Shown piece after piece: positions 52,921-64,000 of a DNA stretch of 64,000 nucleotides. Location of the stretch: contig CM069157.1 of NCBI GenBank assembly GCA_035221665.1, positions 16,802,001 to 16,866,000 on the forward strand, given 5' to 3'. Position numbers and translations under genes: made by a program. Below the pieces are notes generated by a model. That model worked only from the letters and a program-made list of their open reading frames with translations, had not been told where the DNA came from and ran no database searches. How positions within the stretch are numbered: the stretch's first letter is position 1; the number at the start of each line of letters is the position of its first letter. This DNA comes from Okamejei kenojei (taxonomy: Eukaryota).

Positions 52921-54106
52921 TTCAGATTTATCACCTGAGCTAAAATAACACAGATAATGTTCGGAATACGCAGGAGGTCAGTCAAAATTAATGAAGGGAG
53001 TGCCTCAGAGTGCCGGCATTTGCAGTCTTTTGCTTGTCTCTTTAGGTTATTGCTTAATTCTACAGGTAACGCCCTAACCAGATTAATCATGACTCACTGC
53101 TGGTTAAAAGTAGTTATTCTACCTAGAGTCAAGTGTTTGCTGTCTTATGGGAAACGCAAGTGACTGCAAGTGCTGTAATATTGGGCGAAAGTCAAACCGC
53201 AGGAGGAGCTCAGCGAGTCACTGATCAAGGGTCTTCAATGGTCACAACCCAAAACATTGTCCGTCTATTTTCCTCCGCAGATATTGCCTGACACACTGAG
53301 TTCCTCCAACGGTTTTTTTTTGTGTCTTACCATTTTGCCATTTTGACCAAACAAGTCTTTGATCTTCATCTCCTAAACCTTTGTCCAGATTCTGTTTTTT
53401 ATTAAGTATTTGTTACTTATCTGAAGAAGGGTCTCGACCTGAAACGTCACCCATTCCTTCTCTCCAGAGATGCTGCCTGTCCCTCTGAGTTGCTCCAGCA
53501 TTTTGTGTCTATCCTTGGTTTGGACCAGCATCTGCAGTTCCTTCATACACATGTATTACTTATCCCTGGTTGTCATTGAGAAGGTGGTGGTGAACTGCTC
53601 CCTTTAATCACTGAAGTCTTTCTGGTGAAGGTATTTCCACAATGCTGTTGGGCAGATTCTAATAGGTTCCAAGATCCAGAATCAGAGACAACGATGGCCC
53701 ATTAATTTATTACCAAGTCAGGATGATGCTCAACATGACAGGAACGTGCAGGTGGTGGCATTCCAATGCATGTGTTGCTCTTGTGCTTCTTGGTGGCAGA
53801 GCGAAACAGTGACACCTGCATTCAGATGTCTGAAGTCACCTTCATTTGAAGCACCCCCTGCCAATTGTGCCCAATGTGAACAGATATGAATTGTGCACCT
53901 TCAGGCTAATTGTTAAAGAATAAATTCAGGCTACAGCTACCGACTTAAGAGATAAGTCAAAATGTCTCAAAATATGATGTAATTATAGTGCTACGGTTTC
54001 AGATTCTCAGCGAGATCCCAATGTACAGTACTAGTCTTGAATATCATTCACCGTCTCTGCACGATACTGGTCTTGGCTTGGTTAACCAAAGCAGCTGTGA
54101 GAGCAT

Positions 54107-54157
54107 GGGGGGGGGGGGGGGGGGGGGGGGGGGGTGGGGGGGGGGGGGGGGGGGGGG
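54107..54157 (+). repeat. G28-T-G22 homopolymer tract (poly-C tracts also at ~5615, ~7296, ~18122)
   Basis: Read directly. Confidence 0.9.
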
Positions 54158-54699
54158 AGAAACTGAGAATGTCTTAAACAACCAAAGTGTGGTGTTAGCA
54201 GACTGTGCAAAGGCGATTTAGCAGTTTAGCAGCCAAGAAAGGTGCACTTATGGGAAAGTTAACATATTGGGGAATTGGGAGGAGGAAAGGAAAAGCTCTC
54301 AAATATTTTAATAAAAGCAAATGGAAAAGTCAATTTTTCTTATGTAATGCAGGAACCTTGCAAATTTTTTTTCGGATCCAGAGAGAATTTGCCCAGTAAT
54401 GTGGGTGGGAACATATGCTCCAAAGCATATTGAGAGCAGGATTGTTTTATTATATTTCTGGTTCTGCAATAAAAGTTTTGAAGGAACCTTGGTTTCCACA
54501 CTGGTCTGATTATACATGCATATTTAAAGGCATTTAGAAGGACCAAGTGGCTGGTAAATAATACTGACATTCAGAGAAATAACATACCAGATATTTATAA
54601 TCAGAATAGTTGCAAAGAACATTTGATACCACAGAATGTAGGGGACATGTAGAATGTGTGCCATCAATGAAGGTCATTGGGTTGAAATGTCTATCACAA

Positions 54700-54897
54700 C
54701 CACTCCAAAGACATACAGGTTTATAGGTTAATTGGCTTGGTAAAATTGTAAATTGTCCCTAGTGTGAGTAGGATAGTGTTAGTATACGGGGATCGCTGGT
54801 CAGTGAGGTCTCGATGGACTGATGTGCCTGTCTCCATGCTGTATCTCGAAACTAACCTAAACTGAACTGAACTAAACTAAGCCAAACTAAACTAAAC
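54700..54897 (+). mobile_element. 5'-truncated HE1/V-SINE-like SINE with (AACTA/G)n tail
   Basis: Shares core and tail with the other copies. Confidence 0.7.
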
Positions 54898-57424
54898 CAC
54901 TGTGGATGGCTTTCTCATGTCCCTTTTTTTATTATTCACTTATTTGATTTCTTAATTTTCTCATGCAGTTTCTTCTTCAAAACCACTGTATGTAAGGAAT
55001 AAGGCAGAATGATTCTAGCAGAAATGATACTTTTAAGATATTTATTTTCTAAAACATTTTGTAAGGATACGTTTCTAAGTTTCCTATTTTCCAACTCAGC
55101 TTGCAATTAAGACTGCGCGCTTGAAATGTGAATGATATTAGTGTGTGGGATTATCGTTTCCTACACTAACACAGGACATCATTGAAAGCTGTCTGATTTT
55201 ACATGGGGTGAAAACCTGGGATTTGGATGCAAATTATTAGACTCAGGGCGTTTCCTGAAAGTGTCTATGTGGCTTCTGCTTGAGTTGCTGGATTCATGTA
55301 ATGTGACTTTATTTACTTCAATGTTGACACGTCTCTCAGTGTGCCCCTCCCATGTCATAATGTTTGTTAAATATGTTTTTGTGAGACTCCAAGTCTGTCT
55401 CTGTGAATTAACCCACTGAGGAAGATTTAGTTTTATCTTAGCTACAGTTCAAAAGTATTCAGAAGTTGACCTCCTTGAAGCATTGCGCAATGCTCGCGGT
55501 TGTTTTTTCTCAACCTTTTTTTTGAAACTGCAGTTTAAGTTTAACTCATTCATTACCATCCGTGTTCATTTAGGATTGAATGAAATGTCCCCTGAACAGC
55601 ATTAGCTCAAACGAGCCTGAGGGGAGATAAGTCAGGCAATAATATCATAGAAATTCTGCTCTTGAATGCACCAAATTCCTCTCTCGGTTATTATGACCAA
55701 GATGTTAATCTGTTCAGAATAAATGAGGTAAAAACACTGTTGCATAGCAGAAAAAGCAATCTGATACAAGAAGTTATCGTACAATAATAGGTCATTGTGA
55801 AACATCCAAGCTAAATTGTTTTTTTTTCAAGAGACATTATGTTCCTAACTCTGATTAAATCATCAAATCTTAATCTCTTATTGTTTTTCCACTTCTGATA
55901 ACCCTACTGTATATGGTCAGCATTTTCTGTTCTTATCATAAATTTGCATTCTTCCCTGCTCTTCTCTGTCCAATATGACCTTTTTGTGTTATTCTGGGAA
56001 ATATGTACAGAAGTGGCTAGTTAGACCAACCTGGGCTTGAAGGTTCCTTTGACACAAGTGACATAGGTGCAAGGATGCTGCAGCATCAGAACTTTTTGAT
56101 TTTCAGGATTCTCTTATCCTCTTTGTTTCCTCCATTCTAGCTTCCTCATATGAGTGAGCACTGCCCTAAATGCAGGTATGCCAACAGCTTGAATCTGGTG
56201 GTGCATGCTTTCAAGGTTTTGTATCTTCTGCCTAATGGGAGAAGGGGGAAGAGAGAATGACTAGGGTGTGAGTGACCGGTGAATACATTGACTGCTTTAC
56301 TGAGGCAGCATGAGATATGAATGGTATCAATTGGGGGCTGGGGAAGGGGGAAGGTTGTCTTGTGTGATAGACTGTTACATATATCTGTTTTAAGCCATTC
56401 AGGCTGAATTTAGGCGATTCCAGATATTTAAAAAATCCTTTAACCTTTTTAATGTGAGCAGAAAGCTGAGTAATCTTTCTTCATATCCTCCTAACTAGGT
56501 AATAACAGAATGTTAGCCATATAACCTAGCTCAGCCAACTCCATAGTGTATAAGCAAGAATAAATTGTACACATTCTTCTTCTTCGATTGTCCCCCAGCA
56601 TTGGAAACGATTTTCAGCATTCAGCTTGTAGATCTTCATGTAACTGATGAGCCCCGTATGGTATCTGCAAATTATGCTGCACATAGGGGCGGGAAGGACT
56701 TGATAAGCGGCCAGTGTGAGAGGCAACCCCTCACTCACAGTGGACTTCTGCTTGCTCCAAAAGAAAAGGCTTGAACTGCTCCATGCCTTTCACAATGCTC
56801 CTTCTCCATTTTGAGGGCCAAGGATTCTGACTTTTTCTCCACAATTTTTGAGTCCATCACAATATGTCATCTGGTGTTTAACGTGCAAACACTGTGGCTT
56901 GCCCACATGACCCAGATGGATGTAACTAGACCCTCAATGCTGGGCTCTTGGAGAGAGGATTCTGAGATTGGCTTACTTATCCTGCCAACGGATTTGGATG
57001 ATCAGCTTTGGTATACATACTCTCCCACACCAAAGCAACTGCAGTTTTCCAAAAATAATACATTCATTATCAACATATCAACCTAATCAGCATCTTAAAT
57101 AGCAAATACCTTGCCGCTTGAAGAGACTGCACATAAAACAAGGTAAGAGGGCTTTTACAAATGGAAGGTCTCATGTTATGTCTGAGAGCCCAGTGTTTTA
57201 TAGCCCAGTGTTTTAGTTTGGCCAATTAATTTGACCCATCATATTTGCCATCAACAACATTGTTCTTTAATTTCTGCCAAATCAGATAAAAGCTAGAGAA
57301 CCATGTTAGCACATCCTGGTCATCTCATATGGCCCCATAGTGTGTGTCTACAAGCAGTAACGGGAAACTCCAACCTTAAAGATTTTTGTATTGCTATTAT
57401 CTTAAGGCACTATTTGCATCTTAA

Positions 57425-57740
57425 GGTAAGTAGGGGAATTAAGAACCAGAGGACATAGCTTTAAGATGAGAGGGGAAAGATTTAATAGGAACCGGATGGA
57501 CATCTTTTTTCACTCAGAGGGTGGTGGGTATATGGAATGAGCTGCCAGAGGAGGTAGTTGAAGCAGATACAATAACAACATTCAAAAGACATATGGACAG
57601 GTACAGAACATGGATGGGAAAGATTTAGAGGGATATGGACCAATTGCGAGCAGGTGGGACTAGTGCAGATGGGGCATTGGGGTACGCATGAACAAGTTGG
57701 GCTGAAGGGCCTGTTTCCATGTGCTGTGTGACTCTCTCCA
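57425..57740 (+). mobile_element. CR1-type LINE 3' end
   Basis: tggaatgagctgccagaggaggtagttga core and aagggcctgtttcc tail. Confidence 0.75.
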
Positions 57741-58159
57741 TCTTGCAAGATTGTTTGTACCATACTCATAGTTCAACCCAAGGCAAATGACTGCAACAAT
57801 TAAAGATTGTGTTTACTTCTGTCTAAATGAATGTACATGCGACAGCGATAGTCAACTGCAGAAAACACTTTGGAAGAACCTCAAAATACTAACTGCTAAT
57901 AAGAGCAGAATCACAGAAAGTCCCATCCACTGTCAATAAAGATTTTCTGCACGATTGTGCTGTGTTTAATTTATATTGTCACTGTTAGTAAATGCTGTGT
58001 CACTAAAGTGTCACCGTTAGTGACAATAACAGACGCTTAAAAAATGGGTGCATGAAGTCCCATCAGCTGATGGAAAATCTGAATCATGTCTTTGCCAAAA
58101 AGCAGTGTTATTCAATCAAAGTGAGCGTTTTAATTTTAGCGCTGTTTAAATTATTTTCC

Positions 58160-58165
58160 TTTATT
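58160..58165 (-). terminator. Candidate TFAP2E polyA signal (another at 58720-58725)
   Basis: AATAAA on - about 850 nt past the stop, in repeat-free AT-rich 3'UTR-like sequence. Confidence 0.45.
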
Positions 58166-59010
58166 AACAAGACAGATTGCGAGGAAATTTAAAACACAAA
58201 AATGGGTTCAATTTAAATCTTTTTGCAGAGAGTTTGGGGTAGGAGAGAATAGGTTACAAAATCTTACAAAGTCCTGATAACCAAATTTTCATTACATGAA
58301 AGAAACATATAATAGAATTGTTCTGTATAGCAGCACAATTTATTCAACAATTTATGAAACACTCTAGACAAACAAATTAAGAGATTTATAACCTCGTACC
58401 TCACACGCCACCGTTTCAAGATATGGTTCAGGAACACATTCACAAATATTCCTCTGTGCATCACTTCCACAAGAACATACAATGACCTTTACACAGATAC
58501 TGCCAATCTGCCCTTATCCTGTCCCTGAAACCTCAAGTTTAAAAAAAAATCTAAAAGCAAAGTCTTCATCTCCTATCACTCACAGCAGAAAAACCAGGTC
58601 AGCAGATAAATAGCTTGCACGGGTCTATTTAAAATTCCCATTTAATTACACATAAATAAATATATACATGTGGAACACTATTTGCTTGCTCTGCCGAGGC
58701 TGTTGCTTCAAACTTGTGCTTTATTAATGTCTCACCATATTAATGTTCCCAAATTCTTGTCCCAAGATAATTCAATGTGCGTGCCCATTGCTTGAGACAA
58801 GCCTGGATTCAGGCCGTATTCGCTCCCGATAAAACCAGGCTAACTCTTTCCTCCTTTCTCGTCTCAATTAGAAAGTTGCCACTGCGCAGCCACCTCAACA
58901 CAATCCTCCTGATGATTATTTTATTTGTCCTTTGTTATTAATTGCACGTTGAATGACTGTTTAATCTCTTTGATAATTAGAACAGTTTGGTCCGTGCCAT
59001 CTGTCCCCGG

Positions 59011-59302
59011 TTATTTCCGATGTTTGGCCTCTTTGTCTGTGCTTTTAGTCCCGGATTCCCCCGAGGGATGGCTGTTGGATGAGCTCAGGAACATCTTATC
59101 CAGCCCCTTTATAGCCTCCACCAGGTAATTCTGGAAGGCAGTTAATGCAGCAATGATGGCGGGACTCCCGAAGCCGTGTGTAATCAGGCTGAAGTGAGTC
59201 AGGCAGCTCTGGACTCCCGCTTCAAGGATGGCTGACGGGCGGCTGTTTCCTAGTGGAGACCGGTCCTGAGCTAATAAATCTGTGAATTCTTTACAGATCT
59301 GC
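59011..59302 (-). CDS. TFAP2E: Transcription factor AP-2 epsilon, last coding exon ([22 protein letters not shown]...[11 protein letters not shown]...DKEAKHRK*); upstream exons not found in the window
   Basis: AP-2 helix-span-helix C-terminus; ttcctttttcag acceptor on -; GLDKMFLSS and AKHRK tail plus position next to PSMB2 indicate the epsilon paralog. Confidence 0.93.
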
Positions 59303-59474
59303 CTGAAAAAGGAAGGAAATTGGGACAGTGAGTGTTGGTTGCTGACAGTATATCGACTGAACAAATTCTGCAATTGTAAGAAGAGCTCTTTCATAATTAT
59401 TTGGCTATTTTAAATTAGTACCTATATAATACATACTTATATATACATACTTATCTCTACAGTGTTAACTTACA

Positions 59475-59825
59475 GAACTATGATCCAGAAGCCTGGATTA
59501 ATGATTCCGAGACATGAATTCAAAATCATACCACAACAGCTGGGGAATTCAGATTTGAGTAATTAAATAAATTTAGTATGAAACTCTTGTATTAATAATG
59601 GTGACCTTGAAAGGACAGGTTCATCATAAAAAGCATCTGATGTACTAATTTCCTCAGGGAAGAAAGCCTGCCAACCTCATCCGGTCTGGTCTACATATGA
59701 CTCCAGGCCCACCATCGAGGCTAGACCGCAAATTGAATTAACTCCAAGAGTCATCCTAGCTATTCAGTTCAAGGGGAAATTTCGGAATGGACAATGGATG
59801 TTAACTTACCAGTAATATCAACATC
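59475..59825 (+). mobile_element. Old SINE-like repeat; related copy at ~39885-40195
   Basis: Shared cagctggggaatt…aataaat…gaagaaa…ctggcc/ctggtc blocks in both copies; family not identified. Confidence 0.5.
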
Positions 59826-60714
59826 TTTAAAATATGCATGCTTTAGTAGAGACAAGGAACTGCAGATCCTGTAATCTTTAGCAAAAAAACACAAAGTACT
59901 GGAGTAACTCAGTGGGTCAGGCAGCATCTCTGGAGAAAATGGACAGGTGACAGTCTGAAGAAGGGTACCGACATGAAACATTGCCTATCCATGTCCTCCA
60001 TTTTTATAAAAAGACCTTGGTTACAATATAAAAACTGCTCGTGTAGAAGGAGAAATGTTGTGTGTTATCAAAGAGACTGAATATTCAGTTGCCGATAAAT
60101 CCTTTGTCCATCAATGTTACATCAGCACCAGAGTGGATTTTACTCCTTTCACCTATGGACCAATTTCCTTCTTCTCAAAGTTGCATGGGTTTGCCAATTC
60201 CTGCAAGAAAACTCAACTCATATGGTTGTGTCCCCAGCTTTCTAGCCCCTCCATGTATTTCCTGGAGAAACGCACAGCTCCTGTTTATAAATGTTTGAGG
60301 AAAAAGTGGCATGGTCTTCCCTTGTCATTTTCTCTGAATTCCATGAAATTGCTCCAATGATCTCCCCCAGATTTCACAAAATCAGCTATAGCCTTCACGG
60401 CCTCTCTCTATGTGTGGTGCTACTCTAAAGTATGACACCTTATTTGTTTGCCATTCACAGCTGTCACTGATCAAAAAAAAGACATGGAAAATTCAGGCTG
60501 TGGAAGACACAAGTTTTGTTCCCGTAATCAGATGAATAGTTCTAATTTCTCACACATCAAAGCTTTTCAAGGGAGTAATCTCAGAAATCTTCACGATCGC
60601 ACATTAGTTGACTTATGGCCATAATCAACTCAGTGATGTCTTGGTAATAGCCAAAGTAATTATAATGGCGCTCATTTTTTAAAACTTTCAAAATTTAACA
60701 AAAACAAAGAAAAT

Positions 60715-61560
60715 AGTATAAAGCTGCAGATGACACAGAAATTAGTGGCATTGTTGAAAGTGGGGAGAGTAATTGGTCTGGTAATTTAGGCAGCTGGTAA
60801 TTTGGGCTGAGAAATGGCAGATGGAATATGATCCTGAAAAGTGTGAGGTGATGTATTTTAGGGATCGAATTAGATGCGACATATACTGTGCAGGGGGTCA
60901 CCGACGGGAGAATGAGGAACAAAGAAATGTTGTACAAGTCCAAAGATCCCTGAAGGTGGCAGCATAGGTAGACAGGACAGTAAAGAAAGCACCCAGGAAG
61001 CTTGCATTTATTAGCTTGGCCATGGAATATAAGTGCAGCGAGGCCTTGGCTAAACCACAGCCGAATATTGGCACAGTTCTGGTCATCACACTGTAGGAAG
61101 GACATTATTGCAGAAGAGAGAATGGAAATGGAGATTCACAAGGATGTTACCTGGGATTGAAGGTTTCAGTTATGACGAGAGACTGGATGGGCTGGTTTGG
61201 GTTTTCCTTGGGTGGAAGGAGTCCCATTGGGAACCTAACATACGCATGCCCAAAATTATAAGAAGCATAGATTGGGTAAATAGTACAGAAACTTTAACCC
61301 AAGTAGAGGTGTCTAATACCAAAGACCATAGGTTTAAGGTGAGGAATAGAAGGTTTAGAGGATATCTGAAGATTAATTGCTTCAAGAGGGAAAATTATTC
61401 AGACGGTAATTGAGGTCTGTGTGCACTCCCTGAGAAGATGTTAGAGGAAGACAATCTCACAACATTTAAGTAGTCAACGGACCAAGTGCTGGCAGATGGG
61501 ACAGGAGGATAGTTAATATGATGGCCAAAATACCTGATTCTGTGCTCTGTGACTATATGA
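60715..61560 (+). mobile_element. Decayed CR1-type LINE fragment
   Basis: ADDT and WAEKWQME-like RT tail; RFTRMLPG…SYDERL peptide. Confidence 0.75.
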
Positions 61561-62274
61561 TTGCTCAATGCCTCTTCAAAGTTCTTTTGTTTTTGGAGTT
61601 TTAATGATATTTGGAAAGGAGCCATTTTCATGATTAAAACATTTTTTATTATTGTTGATGTTTTTAGTAACATCTTTCCAAAATTCAATTTCTATTTCTC
61701 GTGATGTCTTGACCATTTAAATGAACTAATATAAGAAGCATCCACGTAGAAAAAGTATATTTGCAGATTTGTCTGTGTTTAGTTAGTTCCCTGGCAAACA
61801 GGCTCTGCCCGGCAGCCCTGCCCAAGCCAAGTCTTTCAATTCAACTCAATTACCCCAAGGCTAATCCTTCCATGGATGGACGGCCCCACCCGATTGCTTT
61901 GTTCGTGTTTACAATTTTAAAAAAATGAAGCATTTCATTCCAAGGTGGAGATCACAATTTGACTTGCAGCCAGCATCATCAGAGACCCACACCACCCTGG
62001 CCACACTCTCATTTCAAACCCGCCATCGAGAAGAAGATGGAGAGGTCTGAAAACTGTAGTGTCCAGGTTCTGGAGCAGCTTCTTCGCAACAATCGTCAGC
62101 GTGTTAAACACTACACCTCCAACTAAACTCTGAACTCCATAGACTTGGGGGCATTATTTTTATCTTTGCACTATTAATGCTTCTTTTTTTTTTAATATCC
62201 TGAACTTTTTTATTGTCTATTATGGTGTTTACAGAGCATCATGTGCTGCAGCAAGTAGGAATGTCATTGTAGTA

Positions 62275-62496
62275 AAAAGGAACCACAGATGCTGGTTTAC
62301 ACCAAAGATAGACACAAAATGCTGGAGTAACTCAGTGGGTCAGGCAGCAGCACTGGAGAAAATGGATAGGTGATATTTTGGGTCGGGACCCTTCTACGGT
62401 CTGAAGAAGAATCCCGACCAGAAACGTCACCTATTCGTTTTCATCAGAGATGCTGCCTGACCTGCTGAGTTACTCCAGCATTTTGTGTCTATCTTT
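62275..62496. repeat. Palindromic Penelope-derived repeat; family also at ~383-605, 1831-1950, 3980-4630, 5923-6048, 15545-15740, 24237-24330, 26500-26700, 34305-34480, 36670-36870, 39080-39410, 53160-53550, 59845-60000, 63550-63935
   Basis: Recurring caaaatgctggagtaactcagcggg / ctgaagaagggtctcgacccgaaacgtc / cagcatctgcagttcc modules, same as the terminus of the 13833 element. Confidence 0.8.
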
Positions 62497-64000
62497 GAAA
62501 TTGTATTGTTTCATTTCAGGACCTATGACAATAAAACACTTTGACTCTTGAATCCCCCTCCATGTTGTGTTACAGCATCAGCGCATTTGGACAAAACAGA
62601 CCCTAATTCTTGGTGGCACACAGGGGGGGGGGGGTCCCCAATACTCGACAGGGATCTAGATCATGCACCAAGCAAACAATAGTGGCTACCGCTCATCAAG
62701 GGAACAGATCAGAGGGGGATGGGTTGGGCTGCTCGAGCTGACAGCTGAATAAGGCCCTAGGCCTGGAAACAGCTGCCGGTTCGATGCCCCGAAGGTGCTG
62801 TGTGCACTTGTGTCACACAGAAAAATAATAAAACATTTTTGGGAAGCAAATTAAAATGACCAAAACAAAATGCGCAGAATTAAAAAAAAAATATAGGCAA
62901 GCTTAGGAATGATTTGAACAGAAGTGGTGTTCCTCTGTGTCGAGTGCAGGGATCACGCAAAGAGGCACATCTTTAAATGAGTTTTACCGTGCTCACAATA
63001 CCCATAGGATATGGAAACAAAATGTGAAATAATTATAGGCTACGTACTATAACAGATGCAAATGTGTGGCAGTGAGCTGCTCGGCAATGATTCAATTAAC
63101 AAGTTCTAATGTCACCATAAACCACGATAGCAACATGGCTCATGAACCTCAGTATAAACCACAGAATTCATCATCTACAACTATTTCACATTTGAGTTTT
63201 TAAAATGCTGGCCTGGCCCTCACCCAGTACAATAAATGTGGAGTGACATTGAGTAGAAAATTATGAAAGTGGGAAAGAGTAAAATCATGAACGCTTGTGG
63301 TGATACGTGATGTTGAACCACTCTTTGACTTCACAGTGGCAGATTGTAGCGAATACAGGCCATGCTCACATATATACCATAATGGATTCATGCCGAATGG
63401 AATGGAATGGTATACTTTATTGTCACATGTGACAATTAAGACACTGTGAAATTTTTCACTTGCATATGCAAGGTATGCAAGTAGTCGCCACATAAACATA
63501 GCTGACAAAGTTACAAAGTACCCCTGCCAGCTCCTCCTTTGGTCCCTCCACACCAGGTCAGGCAGCATCTCTGGAGAACATGGATAGGTGACGTTTCAGG
63601 CCCAGACCTTTCTTTTAACAGGCATCTGCAGTTCTTTGTTTCCACACAGAGTGCTGGAGTAGTTTAGTTGGTTCGGCAGAATCTCAGCAGAACATGGAAA
63701 GGCGATGTTTTGGGAAGAAGGGTCCTGACCCGAAACATCGTCTATTTATGTTCTTCTAGGATGCATCCTGGCCTACCGAGCTATTCCAACACTCGGTGCC
63801 ATCCCCAGCATCAAGTCAATTACTGATGGAAAGTTATTGACTTGAAATGTCACTTGCTTTACTCTCCACGGATACCATCAGACCTGCTGAGTATTTCAAG
63901 CATTGTTTTTCACTTTAGATTTCCAGCATCAGCTGTTTTTTTAAATCTTTTTCATTACAGCCTAATTCCTTTAGACTTTTGTTCATATTGAGAGGGACTT

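Noticed and set aside
59303-59394. N-terminal extension of the 127-aa TFAP2E ORF
   Set aside because: Intronic; a clear polypyrimidine-CAG acceptor precedes 59302.
59400-64000. Penultimate TFAP2E exon (HLARDFGYVCETEFP-like)
   Set aside because: Not found by eye on -; presumably beyond the window.

Overview
This is vertebrate genomic DNA, and the repeat content (HE1/V-SINE-like, CR1, Penelope-derived palindromic repeats) suggests a cartilaginous fish, probably a skate or ray; that assignment is inference. Two genes are present. PSMB2 (proteasome beta-2) is complete on +, with 6 coding exons from 869 to 29916 giving 199 aa and a CpG-island promoter. The last coding exon of TFAP2E (AP-2 epsilon) lies on - at 59011-59302, convergent with PSMB2 as in mammals. 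Most other ORFs in the track are transposon fragments or noise. The most notable object is a 727-bp miniature LTR retroelement (50795-51521) with two apparently identical 203-bp LTRs, a 5-bp TSD and a PPT. Its primer-binding site is over-long: it copies the whole 3' half of tRNA-Leu(CAA) (nt 38-76 including CCA) and joins directly to a Gypsy-like pol C-terminal remnant. Other notable items are many minimal hammerhead-like motifs in Penelope-derived repeats, a 29-bp templated filler at a deletion junction in a HERO-like LINE, a 34-bp hairpin upstream of PSMB2, and Tc1 and Harbinger-type MITEs. All of this was read by eye. Repeat boundaries are approximate and family names come from recalled motifs, not database searches.
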